In this document: piece by piece, positions 38,749 to 48,870 of the stretch
Layout of the letters: the number at the start of each line of letters is the position of its first letter
Position numbering within the stretch: the stretch's first letter is position 1
Origin: Deltaproteobacteria bacterium
GTDB lineage: Bacteria; Myxococcota; JACRCW01
Direction: 5' to 3'
Assembly: GCA_016218805.1 (NCBI GenBank)
Contig: JACRCW010000065.1
Location: 1 to 64,000 of the forward strand
DNA length: 64,000 nucleotides
Notes under the pieces: generated by a model
What the model was told of the DNA's origin: nothing
Seen by the model: only the letters and a program-made list of their open reading frames with translations
Database searches by the model: none
Made by a program: the position numbers and the translations under genes

Positions 38749-39936
38749 ATGACGCGCGTCATGCAGATCCTGTTCTTCGCGGCGACGGGGACCACCGTCA
38801 ACGTCCTGCTGCACTACTACCTGTGGACGCGCCTGGTGCGGGACCCGCGCTGGCCTGCGCCGTGGGACCGGGTCGGGACCGGTGTCGTCGTCGCGTTGGC
38901 GCTGTTGGCACCGCTGACCATGTTCGCGGGGCGCGTGGTGTGGCCGGCGCTGGGGCAGGCGCTGGCGTGGCCCGGGTTTGTGTGGATGGGCACCATGTTC
39001 CTGCTGTTCTGCGCGCTGGTGGCCATGGACGCCCTGCGCGCGCTCGGCCTGGCGGGGCTCAAGCTGGCGGGCCGCCCGGACCTGCTGGTGGACCCAGAGC
39101 GCCGCCAGGCACTCGCCGCGGGCATGGCGGTGGCCGGCGCGGCGGTGGCGGGCACGCTGTCCACGGTGGCGGTGCGGCGCATGGGCGAAGGCGCAGAAGT
39201 GAAGACGGTGGAGGTGGACCTGCCCCGGCTGCCGCGCGCGCTGGATGGCCTGGTGGTGGCGCAGCTGACGGACATCCACGTGGGGAGCACGTTGGGCAAG
39301 GACTACGTGCAGTACCTGGTGGACCGGACCAACGGCATGGTGCCGGACGTGGTGGCCATCACGGGGGACCTGGTGGACGGCTCGCCGGAGGAGCTGGGTG
39401 ATGCGGTCAACGAGCTGGCGCGCCTGCGCGCGCGGTTGGGCATCTACTTCGTCACCGGCAACCACGAGTACTACTCCGGCGTGGACGAGTGGCTGGCCTA
39501 CCTGCGCGGGCTGGGCATCCGCGTCCTGCGCAACGAGCGCGTGACGCTGGAGCAGGACGGCGCCGCGCTGGACCTCGCCGGGATTGACGACTTCAATGCG
39601 GATCGGTTCGGCAACGGTCACGGTGCGGACCTGCCGCGGGCGCTGCTGGGCAGGGACCCCGCGCGCGAACTGCTTCTGCTGGCGCACCAGCCGCGGGCCG
39701 TGCGGGAGGCCGAGTCCCACGGCGTGGGCCTCATGCTCTCCGGCCACACGCACGGCGGCCAGATCTGGCCTTGGAATTACGCCGTCCGCCTGCAGCAACC
39801 GTACGTGGAAGGCCTCTATCAGCACGGCCGTTCGCAGCTCTACGTGTCTCCGGGGACCGGCTACTGGGGCCCGCCCATGCGCCTGGGCACCCGTGCCGAG
39901 ATCACCCGCCTGGTCCTGAAGGCCCCACAGACCTAG
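38749..39936 (+). CDS. Membrane-anchored metallophosphoesterase (YkuE-like)
   Basis: DIH, GDLVD, GNHE, AHQP, GHTHGGQ. Confidence 0.93.
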   Translation: MTRVMQILFFAATGTTVNVLLHYYLWTRLVRDPRWPAPWDRVGTGVVVALALLAPLTMFAGRVVWPALGQALAWPGFVWMGTMFLLFCALVAMDALRALGLAGLKLAGRPDLLVDPERRQALAAGMAVAGAAVAGTLSTVAVRRMGEGAEVKTVEVDLPRLPRALDGLVVAQLTDIHVGSTLGKDYVQYLVDRTNGMVPDVVAITGDLVDGSPEELGDAVNELARLRARLGIYFVTGNHEYYSGVDEWLAYLRGLGIRVLRNERVTLEQDGAALDLAGIDDFNADRFGNGHGADLPRALLGRDPARELLLLAHQPRAVREAESHGVGLMLSGHTHGGQIWPWNYAVRLQQPYVEGLYQHGRSQLYVSPGTGYWGPPMRLGTRAEITRLVLKAPQT

Positions 39937-40011
39937 GCCGCGGCACCTGCTGCATGGTGCAGCATGCGCCCCGTCCTGCCCCAGCCTGGTCCATACATTA
40001 GGGCATCTTGC

Positions 40012-40036
40012 CTTGACGGCAATCCGTGAGCCCATT
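40012..40036 (+). promoter_or_regulatory. Sigma-32-like promoter
   Basis: CTTGAC-N13-CCCATT resembles CTTGAA-N13/14-CCCCAT. Confidence 0.5.
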
Positions 40037-40061
40037 GGCACTCAACCTCATCAAGTGCTAG
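40035..40061. promoter_or_regulatory. CIRCE element (HrcA operator)
   Basis: TTGGCACTC-N9-AAGTGCTAG versus consensus TTAGCACTC-N9-GAGTGCTAA. Confidence 0.8.
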
Positions 40062-40214
40062 AGCGCCCGCACCGGTCGATACAGAGGTCTTTGAATACGT
40101 TTAATATTGTACTGCCAAGGGGACGGTGAACCCTAGCCCGGGATCGGACGTCTAACCGTTGGCACCAGATGTGGATGTGCCCCTGTTTGAACCGTACGAC
40201 TGGAGGGTCAGGCC

Positions 40215-41108
40215 ATGAACGCACTGATGACGCAAGAAGGAACAGCCCTTGAGCGCTACATGGCAGAGGTCAAGAAGATCCCCATGCTCACGCGCGAAGA
40301 GGAAGACGTGCTGGCCCGGCGCTTCCGCGACCAGGGCGACGTGGAGGCGGCGCACCGACTGGTGACGGCCAACCTGCGGTTTGTGGTGAAGGTGGCCTAC
40401 CAGTACCGCGCGTATGGCATGCGGATGCTGGACCTCATCCAGGAGGGGAACCTGGGGCTCATGCGCGCGGTGCAGAAGTTCAACCCGGACCGCGGCTACC
40501 GGCTCATCAGCTACGCGGTGTGGTGGATCAAGGCGTTCCTGCAGGCGTACGTCCTGCGCAGTTTCTCCATGGTGAAGCTGGGCACCACGCAGGCGCAGCG
40601 GAAGCTGTTCTTCCGGCTGCGGTCCGCCAAGGCGCGGCTGGAGCAGGAGGCGGAGAACCGTGACGAGGAGCTGACGCAGGAAGAGCGGACCGCACGTCTG
40701 GCCACCGAGATGGGCGTGGAGCGGGCGGAGGTCAACGAGATGGAACTGCGCCTGGCGGCGCGGGACTTCTCGCTGGACGTGGAGGTGGGCGAGGACGGCA
40801 AGGAGACGCACCTGGACCTGCTGCCGGGAAACATTGAGAGCCAGGAGGAGTCCGTGGGCACCCGCGAGGTGCGCGCACTCCTGCGCCAGGACGTCAGCCG
40901 CGCGCTGCAGTCGCTGTCCGAGAAGGAGCGCACCATCGTGGAGGCGCGCCTGATGAGCGATGACCCTCCCACGCTGCGGGAGATTGGCGAGCAGTGGGGC
41001 GTCAGCCGCGAGCGCGCCCGGCAGATTGAGGCCAACGCGCTCAAGAAGCTGAAGGGCTACCTGGTGGCCAACAGCCGCGTGCTGGACGACGCCATCACCA
41101 TCAACTGA
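40215..41108 (+). CDS. Sigma-32 (RpoH) family RNA polymerase sigma factor
   Basis: NLRFVV, DLIQEG, YAVWWI, RpoH box QRKLFFRLR, VSRERARQIE. Confidence 0.93.
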   Translation: MNALMTQEGTALERYMAEVKKIPMLTREEEDVLARRFRDQGDVEAAHRLVTANLRFVVKVAYQYRAYGMRMLDLIQEGNLGLMRAVQKFNPDRGYRLISYAVWWIKAFLQAYVLRSFSMVKLGTTQAQRKLFFRLRSAKARLEQEAENRDEELTQEERTARLATEMGVERAEVNEMELRLAARDFSLDVEVGEDGKETHLDLLPGNIESQEESVGTREVRALLRQDVSRALQSLSEKERTIVEARLMSDDPPTLREIGEQWGVSRERARQIEANALKKLKGYLVANSRVLDDAITIN

Positions 41109-41109
41109 T

Positions 41110-42252
41110 TCACTGCACGCGCACGTAGGCGGCGAACGCGGACGCCGGGTCCCACGCGGGGTCCGGCGTCCGCCTGCGCTGCTGCGCCTTGTAGCCTTCG
41201 TCGTCGTCAAACAGGACCGCGGCGCAATGCGCCGACAGCATCACCACCGCCTCCGGCTTGTGGTCGGCAAACACGGTGATGAGCGCGGTGTCCCACGCCT
41301 GGCCCGGTGCGGCCCAGGGCCGCGGCTGGGCGGAGACCCACAGCTCGCCCGAGACAACGCGCACGCCGTCCAGGTCCGTCTCCTGGCTCAGCGTGAACGC
41401 CACGCGGCCATCCGGCAGCACGGTTGCGTCAGACAGGCCCATGGGCACCGTCCGCAGCCGGCTCCCCGCGGGCGGCAGCAGCTGCACCACACGGCGCGCG
41501 GAGGCTGGGCCGCCCAGCCCGTCCACCACAATCACCGACTGCGACAGCGCGTCATCCTTTTCACGCACGGCCAACAGGCCCACCTTGCCACCGTCCCCCA
41601 GCGCCAGCCCCTCCACGCGCAGGTCCGCCGCGGCCAGCGTGGACAGCGCCAGGTCCCGGTCCACCCCGGCCAGCGGCACGGGCGCCGCACCCGGCGCGGG
41701 CAGGCGCAGCACCCGGGCATTGTCCGAGCAGCCAAACCCCATGTTCCCCACGACGTGGACGCCCGCCGGCGTGCTGGCCGCGCCCTCCAGCTTCAACCAC
41801 GGGACGCGCGCACCGATGGCGATGTGGTGGGCCTCGCAGGTTTCACGGGCTTTCTGACGCTTGAGCGCGGAGCCCCAGTCACCTGGGGCGGCGGAGCAGC
41901 ATTGGTCCGGGGCAGGCGTGCCCACCAGGGTGAAGGCCCACGCAGGGTCTTGGGTCACATCGGTGGTGCCCGGGGTCCACCACCACGCGTGCGCCTGTTT
42001 GTCGCCAAACACCGCCAGCCGCCCGTCCCACACCGCCGCCGCGGAGGGCTCGAATTTCACCGCGCCGTCCCCCACGCGGATGGGGAAGGGTGCCGTGGCG
42101 CCGCTGGCGGGGCACAGGGCGTCCCACGCGGCGGGCGGGACCGGGCCGCCGGGCGCAGGAGGCGCTGCGTCGCGCGGGCGTACGCCGCCGCAGGCCCCCG
42201 CGGCCACGCACCACGCCGCCACCCACGCCGCGCGTCGCATCACGCCCCTCAC
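41110..42252 (-). CDS. Hypothetical lipoprotein (beta-propeller, phytase/DUF3616-like)
   Basis: AGAC lipobox; repeated FEPSA/LEGAA/VEGLA/KPEAV blade motifs. Confidence 0.6.
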   Translation of the reverse strand: MRGVMRRAAWVAAWCVAAGACGGVRPRDAAPPAPGGPVPPAAWDALCPASGATAPFPIRVGDGAVKFEPSAAAVWDGRLAVFGDKQAHAWWWTPGTTDVTQDPAWAFTLVGTPAPDQCCSAAPGDWGSALKRQKARETCEAHHIAIGARVPWLKLEGAASTPAGVHVVGNMGFGCSDNARVLRLPAPGAAPVPLAGVDRDLALSTLAAADLRVEGLALGDGGKVGLLAVREKDDALSQSVIVVDGLGGPASARRVVQLLPPAGSRLRTVPMGLSDATVLPDGRVAFTLSQETDLDGVRVVSGELWVSAQPRPWAAPGQAWDTALITVFADHKPEAVVMLSAHCAAVLFDDDEGYKAQQRRRTPDPAWDPASAFAAYVRVQ

Positions 42253-43373
42253 CGCCCCACGCTGCCCTGGACGGACTGTGGGGCCACCGCCTGGTCACCC
42301 CAGATGATCCGGCGGGCCATGTAGAAGTCCAGGCTGGTCCACAGGGACATCCCAAACGCCAGGCCCAGCGCGCCCAGGAACGCCGGGGAGCCCATGCGCC
42401 CATCCGAGGGAAGCGCCAGGATGCCCACCGTGCCGGCCGCCAGCACCAGCGCGCGCAGCGGGTAGCTCCAGGGCTTGGGGACTTCGCCTTCATGGCAGCG
42501 CAGGTTGTCCACCGCGCCGCTGGTCAACTCCGCGCCCAACAGCAGCACCCAGACGGGGGTCACCTCCGGCAGGTGCACCATCACGTAGGGCAGCCCCAGG
42601 CCTGCCACCACGCTCCACAGCAGCCGCCCCAGGCCCTGCACGGCGCTGCCGCGCTTGAGCACGCCGGCGGCGCCGGACAGGTAATCCAGCGCGCTGGCCC
42701 AGGTGAACACCAGGATCACGCCCCAGTGCACGGTCACCGCGTCATCCGCGTCCAGCGCCAGGCGCACCAGGAAAGACAGCACAATCATGGCGCACGGCAC
42801 GCTGACCAGCGGGTTGAGCTTGCCCGCCGCGCGCCAGCGCCAGGCCATGAACAGCACCGCGCCCGCCGCGAACATGCCAAGGGTGACCCGCGCATCGGTA
42901 TCGTCAGGCATGCGGTAGATGATGAAGATGAACCCGGCACCAGCCATCTGGATGGCCGTCTTCAACTTGGCCAGCACGGAGGTCTTTACCGCGGTGCCCT
43001 GCAGGCTCATCACACTGCGCAGCGAGGTGATGAGGAACTCACGGAACAGGATGGCCATGATGACGGCGGGGTGTGCCAGCTTGAAGAAGCTCAGCGGCAT
43101 CAGCACCGCGGCAATGAAGACCTTGTCCGCCACGGGGTCCAGCAGGCCGCCCAGCACGGTGGGGCCGTATTTGCGGGCCAGGTAGCCGTCCACCCAGTCG
43201 GTAATGCCCATCAGCGTGTAGATGACCAGGGCGACCCACTGCTGGGGCACCGAGCCGTACAGCACCATGGCGCACGGCAGCGGCAGCAGCACCATGCGCG
43301 CCACGGTGACCTGGTTGGCGGTGATGAACGGGCGGCGGGAGGGCGCGGCGGCGGCGGCAGCAGGCTGGGTCAC
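42249..43373 (-). CDS. CDP-alcohol phosphatidyltransferase (PgsA-like) with extended C-terminus
   Basis: ANQVTVAR, TDWVDGYLARK..GGLLDPVADK, REFLITSLR, KLKTAIQ. Confidence 0.88.
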   Translation of the reverse strand: MTQPAAAAAAPSRRPFITANQVTVARMVLLPLPCAMVLYGSVPQQWVALVIYTLMGITDWVDGYLARKYGPTVLGGLLDPVADKVFIAAVLMPLSFFKLAHPAVIMAILFREFLITSLRSVMSLQGTAVKTSVLAKLKTAIQMAGAGFIFIIYRMPDDTDARVTLGMFAAGAVLFMAWRWRAAGKLNPLVSVPCAMIVLSFLVRLALDADDAVTVHWGVILVFTWASALDYLSGAAGVLKRGSAVQGLGRLLWSVVAGLGLPYVMVHLPEVTPVWVLLLGAELTSGAVDNLRCHEGEVPKPWSYPLRALVLAAGTVGILALPSDGRMGSPAFLGALGLAFGMSLWTSLDFYMARRIIWGDQAVAPQSVQGSVGR

Positions 43374-45094
43374 GGCGACGCCTCCTCGTCCTTGGGGGCC
43401 GGTGGCGGGGTCACGCCGGGCAGCGGACCCTGCGGCGCCACGGGTGTGAGGGGGGCGGCGGGCGCGTTGCGGCGCGCGGCGACCAGCCCACGCGCCTCCA
43501 CCACCAGGCTGGGGCGCTGCACCTCCAGCAATGACACCAGCTCCGCCACGTCATCCGCGAGCGGGGATCCCTTCTCAAACGCCATCATCAGCGCCGCCAC
43601 CTCCGCCGCGTCCAGGGCGCGCGGGTCGGGACGGCGGGAGGCGGCCGTCAGCGCGTCGCGCGGTTCGGTCCGCGCGCGCTGCGCGGCTGCGCCGGCCAGC
43701 AGCGGGGATTCATCACAGCCGCGGCCGCCTGCGCCGCGCGCATGCTTGACGACGAGCGGCAGCACGTCATGCAGCCGCGGGGCCAAGCCCACGCGCCACT
43801 CTGCGCGCGCGGCCACCAGGCCGGCCAGCGCCTTGAGCTGCCACCCTCGGCGGCCCTCCTTCCCCGCCGCCTCCGCCCGCGCGACGACGTCGCGGTAGAT
43901 CTCGGCGTCGTCAGGCGCGTCCGCCAGGTAGGCCAGCGCGGCAAGCAGTGCGAGCTCCGGGGCGCGGTCCTGCGCGCCGCGCAGGAAGGCGCGGATCTCC
44001 TCGGCGCCCCCCGAGCGGCGGGCGACGCCGTTGGCGTGGTGCAGCCGCTCATCCATCCGGCGCGCGCGCCCGCCGTGGAGGTCCCAGGCCACGGACACCG
44101 GCGTGGCGTTGCACAACGACGTCGCCTCGAAGAACGACATCAGTGCGCCGCTGCACAGCCACTCGAGATCCGCGTCGGTATCCAGGTCCCGGAAGGCGCA
44201 GTCCACGGTGGTGACCTCGTGCTCGGTCTCGCGGGACGCCACGGTGGCCACGGGGGACCACCCCGCGCTGCCGCGCACCAGCCACGCCACCACGCGCTGC
44301 CGTTCCGGTCCCCAGCCCGCCACCAGCTCCGGCGCCCCGTCTCCGGTGACGTCCGCCACCAGCAGCACCGCGGCGCCGCGCGCCGGGTCCCGGCAGGCGT
44401 CCACGCCCGCATCCGCCTCCGGGGCCTTGCCGCACTCAGGCAACGCGGCCGGGATGGTCTCCACCGGCTCGCCAGCGGGCGACAGCACGCGGATGGATCC
44501 GTCCTTGAGCCCGCCCACGTACGCCCGCACCCCGTCGGGCCCGGTCCACAGCCACGCGTCCAGTTCGCGCGCCTCGGCGCGCGCCAGCGCTTCCAGCGCC
44601 GCACCCAGCCTGGGCGGCACGGCGCGGCTGCGCGGCGCCTCCTGCGCCACGTACGGCGCCTCACCCTCCGGCACCGGGCCCAGCACCGCGCGCACCTTCG
44701 GCTCCCCCACCAGCGCGGGGGCGCGCGCTTCCAGCAGGTCCTTGCGCGGCCATTCGCCCAGCGTGACGCGGAACCAGATCCCGCGCGCGCCCAGATCCAC
44801 CCGCACCACGCGCGCGGCGTGGCCCAGTTTCTCCAGCGCGCCGGCCAGCGCTTCCGCCTCCCGCGGGTCCGGGGTGGCCTTCACCTGCGCCACCCAGACG
44901 CGTGCGGGGGACAGCACCACGCCGGTGAGCTTCTCCTCGCCGGCGGGGGGCACCACGACGACGGCGGCGTCCGCCCGGACGGCGCTCCCGGCATCCGGCG
45001 TCACCGCCGCACGCGGACAGGCCGCACACGCCAGGGCCGCCACCAACCTCGCCAGTCCGCTCGTCGTCCGCACCCGGGTTCCCTCGCCCGCCAC
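43370..45094 (-). CDS. SPOR-domain putative lipoprotein
   Basis: WVAQVKA..EAEALAGALEKLG..GIWFRVTLG SPOR-like segment; start uncertain. Confidence 0.65.
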   Translation of the reverse strand: MAGEGTRVRTTSGLARLVAALACAACPRAAVTPDAGSAVRADAAVVVVPPAGEEKLTGVVLSPARVWVAQVKATPDPREAEALAGALEKLGHAARVVRVDLGARGIWFRVTLGEWPRKDLLEARAPALVGEPKVRAVLGPVPEGEAPYVAQEAPRSRAVPPRLGAALEALARAEARELDAWLWTGPDGVRAYVGGLKDGSIRVLSPAGEPVETIPAALPECGKAPEADAGVDACRDPARGAAVLLVADVTGDGAPELVAGWGPERQRVVAWLVRGSAGWSPVATVASRETEHEVTTVDCAFRDLDTDADLEWLCSGALMSFFEATSLCNATPVSVAWDLHGGRARRMDERLHHANGVARRSGGAEEIRAFLRGAQDRAPELALLAALAYLADAPDDAEIYRDVVARAEAAGKEGRRGWQLKALAGLVAARAEWRVGLAPRLHDVLPLVVKHARGAGGRGCDESPLLAGAAAQRARTEPRDALTAASRRPDPRALDAAEVAALMMAFEKGSPLADDVAELVSLLEVQRPSLVVEARGLVAARRNAPAAPLTPVAPQGPLPGVTPPPAPKDEEASP

Positions 45095-45223
45095 CGTCGG
45101 CGGGCGGGCACCCTACCCAACAAGTCCCGCCCGGGCACAGGGCCGCCGGGGTTGACGCAGCGCGCTACCGCGCGGCAGCCTGCCCGGCGTCGCCCGGCGT
45201 GTTCCCGGGCAGCGAGGGAGACC

Positions 45224-45508
45224 ATGGCCGGGGTGAAGCAGAAGTTGCGTGACGAGGGCCTGAAGCTGGGGATGAAGGCCATGAGCAAGCTCATGGAGGA
45301 CCCGGACCGCGCGCAGAAGCTGATGACGGCGGTGCAGAAGGTCCAGGACGGCAAGCAGAGCCTGGATGAGACCACGGCGCGCCTGCGCAACACCGCGGGC
45401 CTCCCCAGCCGGGAGGACTTCAAGACCATGGGCAAGCGCGTGGGCAAGCTGCGCCGCGACGTGCGCAAGCTGGCCAGCCAGCTGGACGGCGTGCTGCAGA
45501 CGCTGTGA
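45224..45508 (+). CDS. Small coiled-coil (phasin-like) hypothetical protein
   Basis: GGGAG RBS; AGLPSREDF..LRRDVRKL. Confidence 0.7.
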   Translation: MAGVKQKLRDEGLKLGMKAMSKLMEDPDRAQKLMTAVQKVQDGKQSLDETTARLRNTAGLPSREDFKTMGKRVGKLRRDVRKLASQLDGVLQTL

Positions 45509-45509
45509 A

Positions 45510-46400
45510 TCAGGGGGACGGCTGACAGGTCCCGCCGCCGCATTCCCCGTCCGCGCGGCAGCCGTCCGCCAGGCACATTCCGGACACGCACACCTGGCGG
45601 TTGCCCAGGCTGTCACACCCGGCGGCGGACCCGCCGGCACAGCAATCCGCGTCCACGCGGCAGCCCTTGTGGCACTGGCCCGCGCCGGCAAACACCGGCA
45701 TGCACGCCTGCTGGAACAGCCGCAGCGTGCCGCCGTCCGCGGGGAACTCCATCATGCCGCCGTCCACGCGCGCTTGGGCCAGGCCGCCGTCGTCCAGCGG
45801 GAAGGGGATGCCGGGGCAGTCCTGGTCCGTGGTGCAGTGGCGCACGCAGATGCCGGTGGTGCCCGCGTCATCCGGGAGGACGTCCAGGCCGGTGCACAGG
45901 AACTTCTGCGGGTACACGCCGCAGCGGTAGAAGGTGGCGCTCACCGCGCCCTGGGCGCCGCCGTCCAGCGTGAGGGTGAGGCGGTCCACGCCGTCAGGAA
46001 GGACCACCCCGGCCGGCAGCGGGGGGCAGCAGTCCGCGGCCACCCGGCAGCCCTTCCCGCACGCGGCAAAGCTCCCCAGCGACGCGCAGCGCCCGCCGGG
46101 GAGGTCCGCGCAGTGCTGGTCGGTCACGCAGCCCAGCTGGTGGCAGCGGCCTGATTCGCAGCTGTAGTTGAAGATGCTGGTGCCGCACTGCTCCCCCGCG
46201 CAGCAGTCCGCCGCCGTGGTGCACTCCACCACGCACTCCCCGCCCAGCATGCCCAGGTCTCCCGCGTCCCGCGCCGGCGGCGCGCCACCGTCCTTCCCGC
46301 CGTCCTGCTTGCACGCGCCCGCCGCCAGCACGCCGGTGATGACGACGACAAACAGCGGGGAGATGGCACGGTGCGGCATGCGGCGCTGTCTACCACTCAA
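45510..46400 (-). CDS. Cys-rich lipoprotein
   Basis: AGAC lipobox; CxxxADCC repeats; start uncertain. Confidence 0.7.
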   Translation of the reverse strand: MSGRQRRMPHRAISPLFVVVITGVLAAGACKQDGGKDGGAPPARDAGDLGMLGGECVVECTTAADCCAGEQCGTSIFNYSCESGRCHQLGCVTDQHCADLPGGRCASLGSFAACGKGCRVAADCCPPLPAGVVLPDGVDRLTLTLDGGAQGAVSATFYRCGVYPQKFLCTGLDVLPDDAGTTGICVRHCTTDQDCPGIPFPLDDGGLAQARVDGGMMEFPADGGTLRLFQQACMPVFAGAGQCHKGCRVDADCCAGGSAAGCDSLGNRQVCVSGMCLADGCRADGECGGGTCQPSP

Positions 46401-47452
46401 CGCACATCAGCGCAGGCGGCCTGGTTCACGATGATCTTCTCCACGCCGCCACGCCCCGGGGGCGGGATGAGCGTGAAGGACGGGCCCTGGCCGTAGTCAC
46501 TGGTGGCGCCCTGGATGGTGCGGCGGTCCTGGAACATCACGGTGACGTTCTTGCCCGCGGGCGCCGGCGCCTGCGCGCCGGGGTTGAGGTTCACAAAGAT
46601 GGCCTTGATCTGCTGCAGTGAGATGGCCTCCGGCTTGCCCGCGGTGACCGGCAGCAGCGTGAAGCCCTGGTCCTCGCGCGCCATGCGGGTGATGACGCCG
46701 CGTTTCACCTCGCCTGAGGCCATGTGCACGGTCACCTTGCGCTTGCCGGGGATGAGGAGGTTGGGGTCGGTGCTGTCCTCCTCGTCCTCCCAGAACGCCT
46801 CGGTACTCAACACGCCGGAGGTGTACAGTTCCACAAAGTCATCCAGGAACACGCCGCCGGGCGTGACGGTGGCCACCACGGCTTCGCCGGTGGCCGCGTT
46901 GGCCATGGCGGCCTTGAGCGCCTTGAGCTCCTCGGCGCGCGGGTCAATGAGCGGCAGCTCCACCGCCGCGTCCGGCACCGGCTGGTACTCCGCGCCGTAG
47001 GCGAAGTACCCGTCTCCGTAGAACGTCTCCGGCGGCGTGTACTGGCTCTCGCGCTGCAACTCCACCAGCTGCACCACGGCTTCCTCGGCGTTCTTGGGTG
47101 GCTCGCGGCGCTTGTTGGCGGCCAGCGCGGCGTCCGCCTTCTTGGCGCTCTCCGCCGCGGCGGCCTGCAACTCGTCAGGGATGTCAATCTTGAACGCGTT
47201 GGGGTTGCCGTCCGGGCTCTGGAAGTCCGCCACGGGGCCCTGGGTGCGGGCGGCGGGCGGCGGGGGCCGCGCGGCCGGCGTGCCGGCGCCCGGGGTGGTC
47301 ATGGGCCGCGCGGCCGCGGGACGGCCGCCCTGCGCCTGGATCAGTGCGCCAATCTCCTTGAGCCGCGCCTCCTGCTGCGGCGAAATCTGCCCGGCCTTGC
47401 GCAGCTCGCCCAGGTGCTTGAGCTCGCGCATGAGCTCGATCATCGAGGCCAT
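46397..47452 (-). CDS. DUF6982-like domain protein
   Basis: RKVTVHMASGEVKRG..IKAIF..VTVMFQDRRTIQG duplicated small beta-barrel. Confidence 0.65.
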   Translation of the reverse strand: MASMIELMRELKHLGELRKAGQISPQQEARLKEIGALIQAQGGRPAAARPMTTPGAGTPAARPPPPAARTQGPVADFQSPDGNPNAFKIDIPDELQAAAAESAKKADAALAANKRREPPKNAEEAVVQLVELQRESQYTPPETFYGDGYFAYGAEYQPVPDAAVELPLIDPRAEELKALKAAMANAATGEAVVATVTPGGVFLDDFVELYTSGVLSTEAFWEDEEDSTDPNLLIPGKRKVTVHMASGEVKRGVITRMAREDQGFTLLPVTAGKPEAISLQQIKAIFVNLNPGAQAPAPAGKNVTVMFQDRRTIQGATSDYGQGPSFTLIPPPGRGGVEKIIVNQAACADVR

Positions 47453-47491
47453 GCTTCCTCCCGCACCGCGTGGTGGCTCCGTGGGTTCATG

Positions 47492-48748
47492 TCAGGCCTG
47501 CGCCGCTGCCGCCGTGTTCCCGCCCTGCTTCTTCACCAGCGCCCACAACTCGTCATCCGTGAGCAGCCGGTTGGTCTGCTTGGCGGCGTCCAGGATCACC
47601 TGGCACAGCGTCTCATCCTGAGCCACCCCGCGCCGCTTGAGCCAGTAGCGCACGTTGGACATGCCGCTCATGGGCCCCACCTCAATGACCTGCTCCAGGC
47701 CAAACTCCGCCGCCGGCACGGACGAATACACCCGGTCCGCCAACCAGCTCTCCCCCTTCTGCTCCGCCTTGATCACCGCGGCGGCGTGCACGCCGGTGGC
47801 GGTGCGGAACGCGTCCCGGCCCGCCAGCGGGTAGTTGTACGGCGTCTCCACGCCAAAGATCTCCGCGGCAAAGCGCGTGTATTCCACCATCTTGCCCAGG
47901 TCATGCGGCCAGGCGCCCATCAGCCGCAGGTTGAGCAGCAGCAGGTCCATGGAGGCATTGCCCACGCGTTCGCCCACGCCCAGCGCGGTGCCGTGCAGGC
48001 GGTCCACGCCGGCTTCATACGCGGCCAGCGCGTTCACCACGCCCAGGCCGCGGTCATTGTGGCCGTGCCAGTCCAGCCCCACGTCCGTGCGCGTGTCCGC
48101 CACCAGCGCGCGCGTCCAGCGGATGAGCGCTGCCACGCCGTGCGGCGTGGCGTGGCCCACCGTGTCACACAGCACCAGCCGGCGCGCGCCCAGGCCAATG
48201 GCCTGGCGGAACAGCTTCTCCAGCGTGGCGGGGGAGGAGCGCGTGGTGTCCTCAGTGACAAACGCCACCTCCACGTTGTGCTGCTGCGCCCAACCCAGCG
48301 CCTCCTCCACCGTCTTCATCAGCCGGTCCAGGTCCCACGCTTCCGCGTACTGGCGGATGGGGCTGGTTCCCAGGAACGTGTACGCCACCACGTGCACGCC
48401 GGACTTCTGCTGGATCTCCGCCACCGGCTCAATGTCCTTGACCAGCGTGCGCGCCGCGCAGCACGCCTTGATGGACAGTCTGGCGTCCCGGATGTGTTGC
48501 ACCAGCGCCAGGCTGTCCGCCACCGCACGCGGGCCGGCGCCGGGCAGGCCCACGTCCGCCCACGTGATGCCCAGCCCGTCCATCAGTGACAACAGTTTCT
48601 TCTTCTGCTCCACCGGCGGGTCCGTCACGGACGGGGACTGGATGCCGTCCCGCAGCGACTCGTCCATGGTCTCCGGGACGCGCAACGCGGGGCGCGTGGT
48701 GGTGACCGTGTTCCAGTCAAAGACGAGTTCGCTCTCCTTGAACGCCAT
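47492..48748 (-). CDS. LeuA/2-isopropylmalate synthase family protein (DRE-TIM, no regulatory domain)
   Basis: DESLRDGIQ, EDTTR, CDTVG, HGHNDRG, GERVGN. Confidence 0.9.
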   Translation of the reverse strand: MAFKESELVFDWNTVTTTRPALRVPETMDESLRDGIQSPSVTDPPVEQKKKLLSLMDGLGITWADVGLPGAGPRAVADSLALVQHIRDARLSIKACCAARTLVKDIEPVAEIQQKSGVHVVAYTFLGTSPIRQYAEAWDLDRLMKTVEEALGWAQQHNVEVAFVTEDTTRSSPATLEKLFRQAIGLGARRLVLCDTVGHATPHGVAALIRWTRALVADTRTDVGLDWHGHNDRGLGVVNALAAYEAGVDRLHGTALGVGERVGNASMDLLLLNLRLMGAWPHDLGKMVEYTRFAAEIFGVETPYNYPLAGRDAFRTATGVHAAAVIKAEQKGESWLADRVYSSVPAAEFGLEQVIEVGPMSGMSNVRYWLKRRGVAQDETLCQVILDAAKQTNRLLTDDELWALVKKQGGNTAAAAQA

Positions 48749-48870
48749 GGTGGGCCTCCGGGAAGGGGATAACGCGGTGGCATGGTAGCCGGCAATGCGC
48801 CGCCGCGGGGCCGGCGCAGGAATCCGTGGTCCTTTCCAAGCCCCGCGCACCAGAACTAGGGTCCGTCGCC

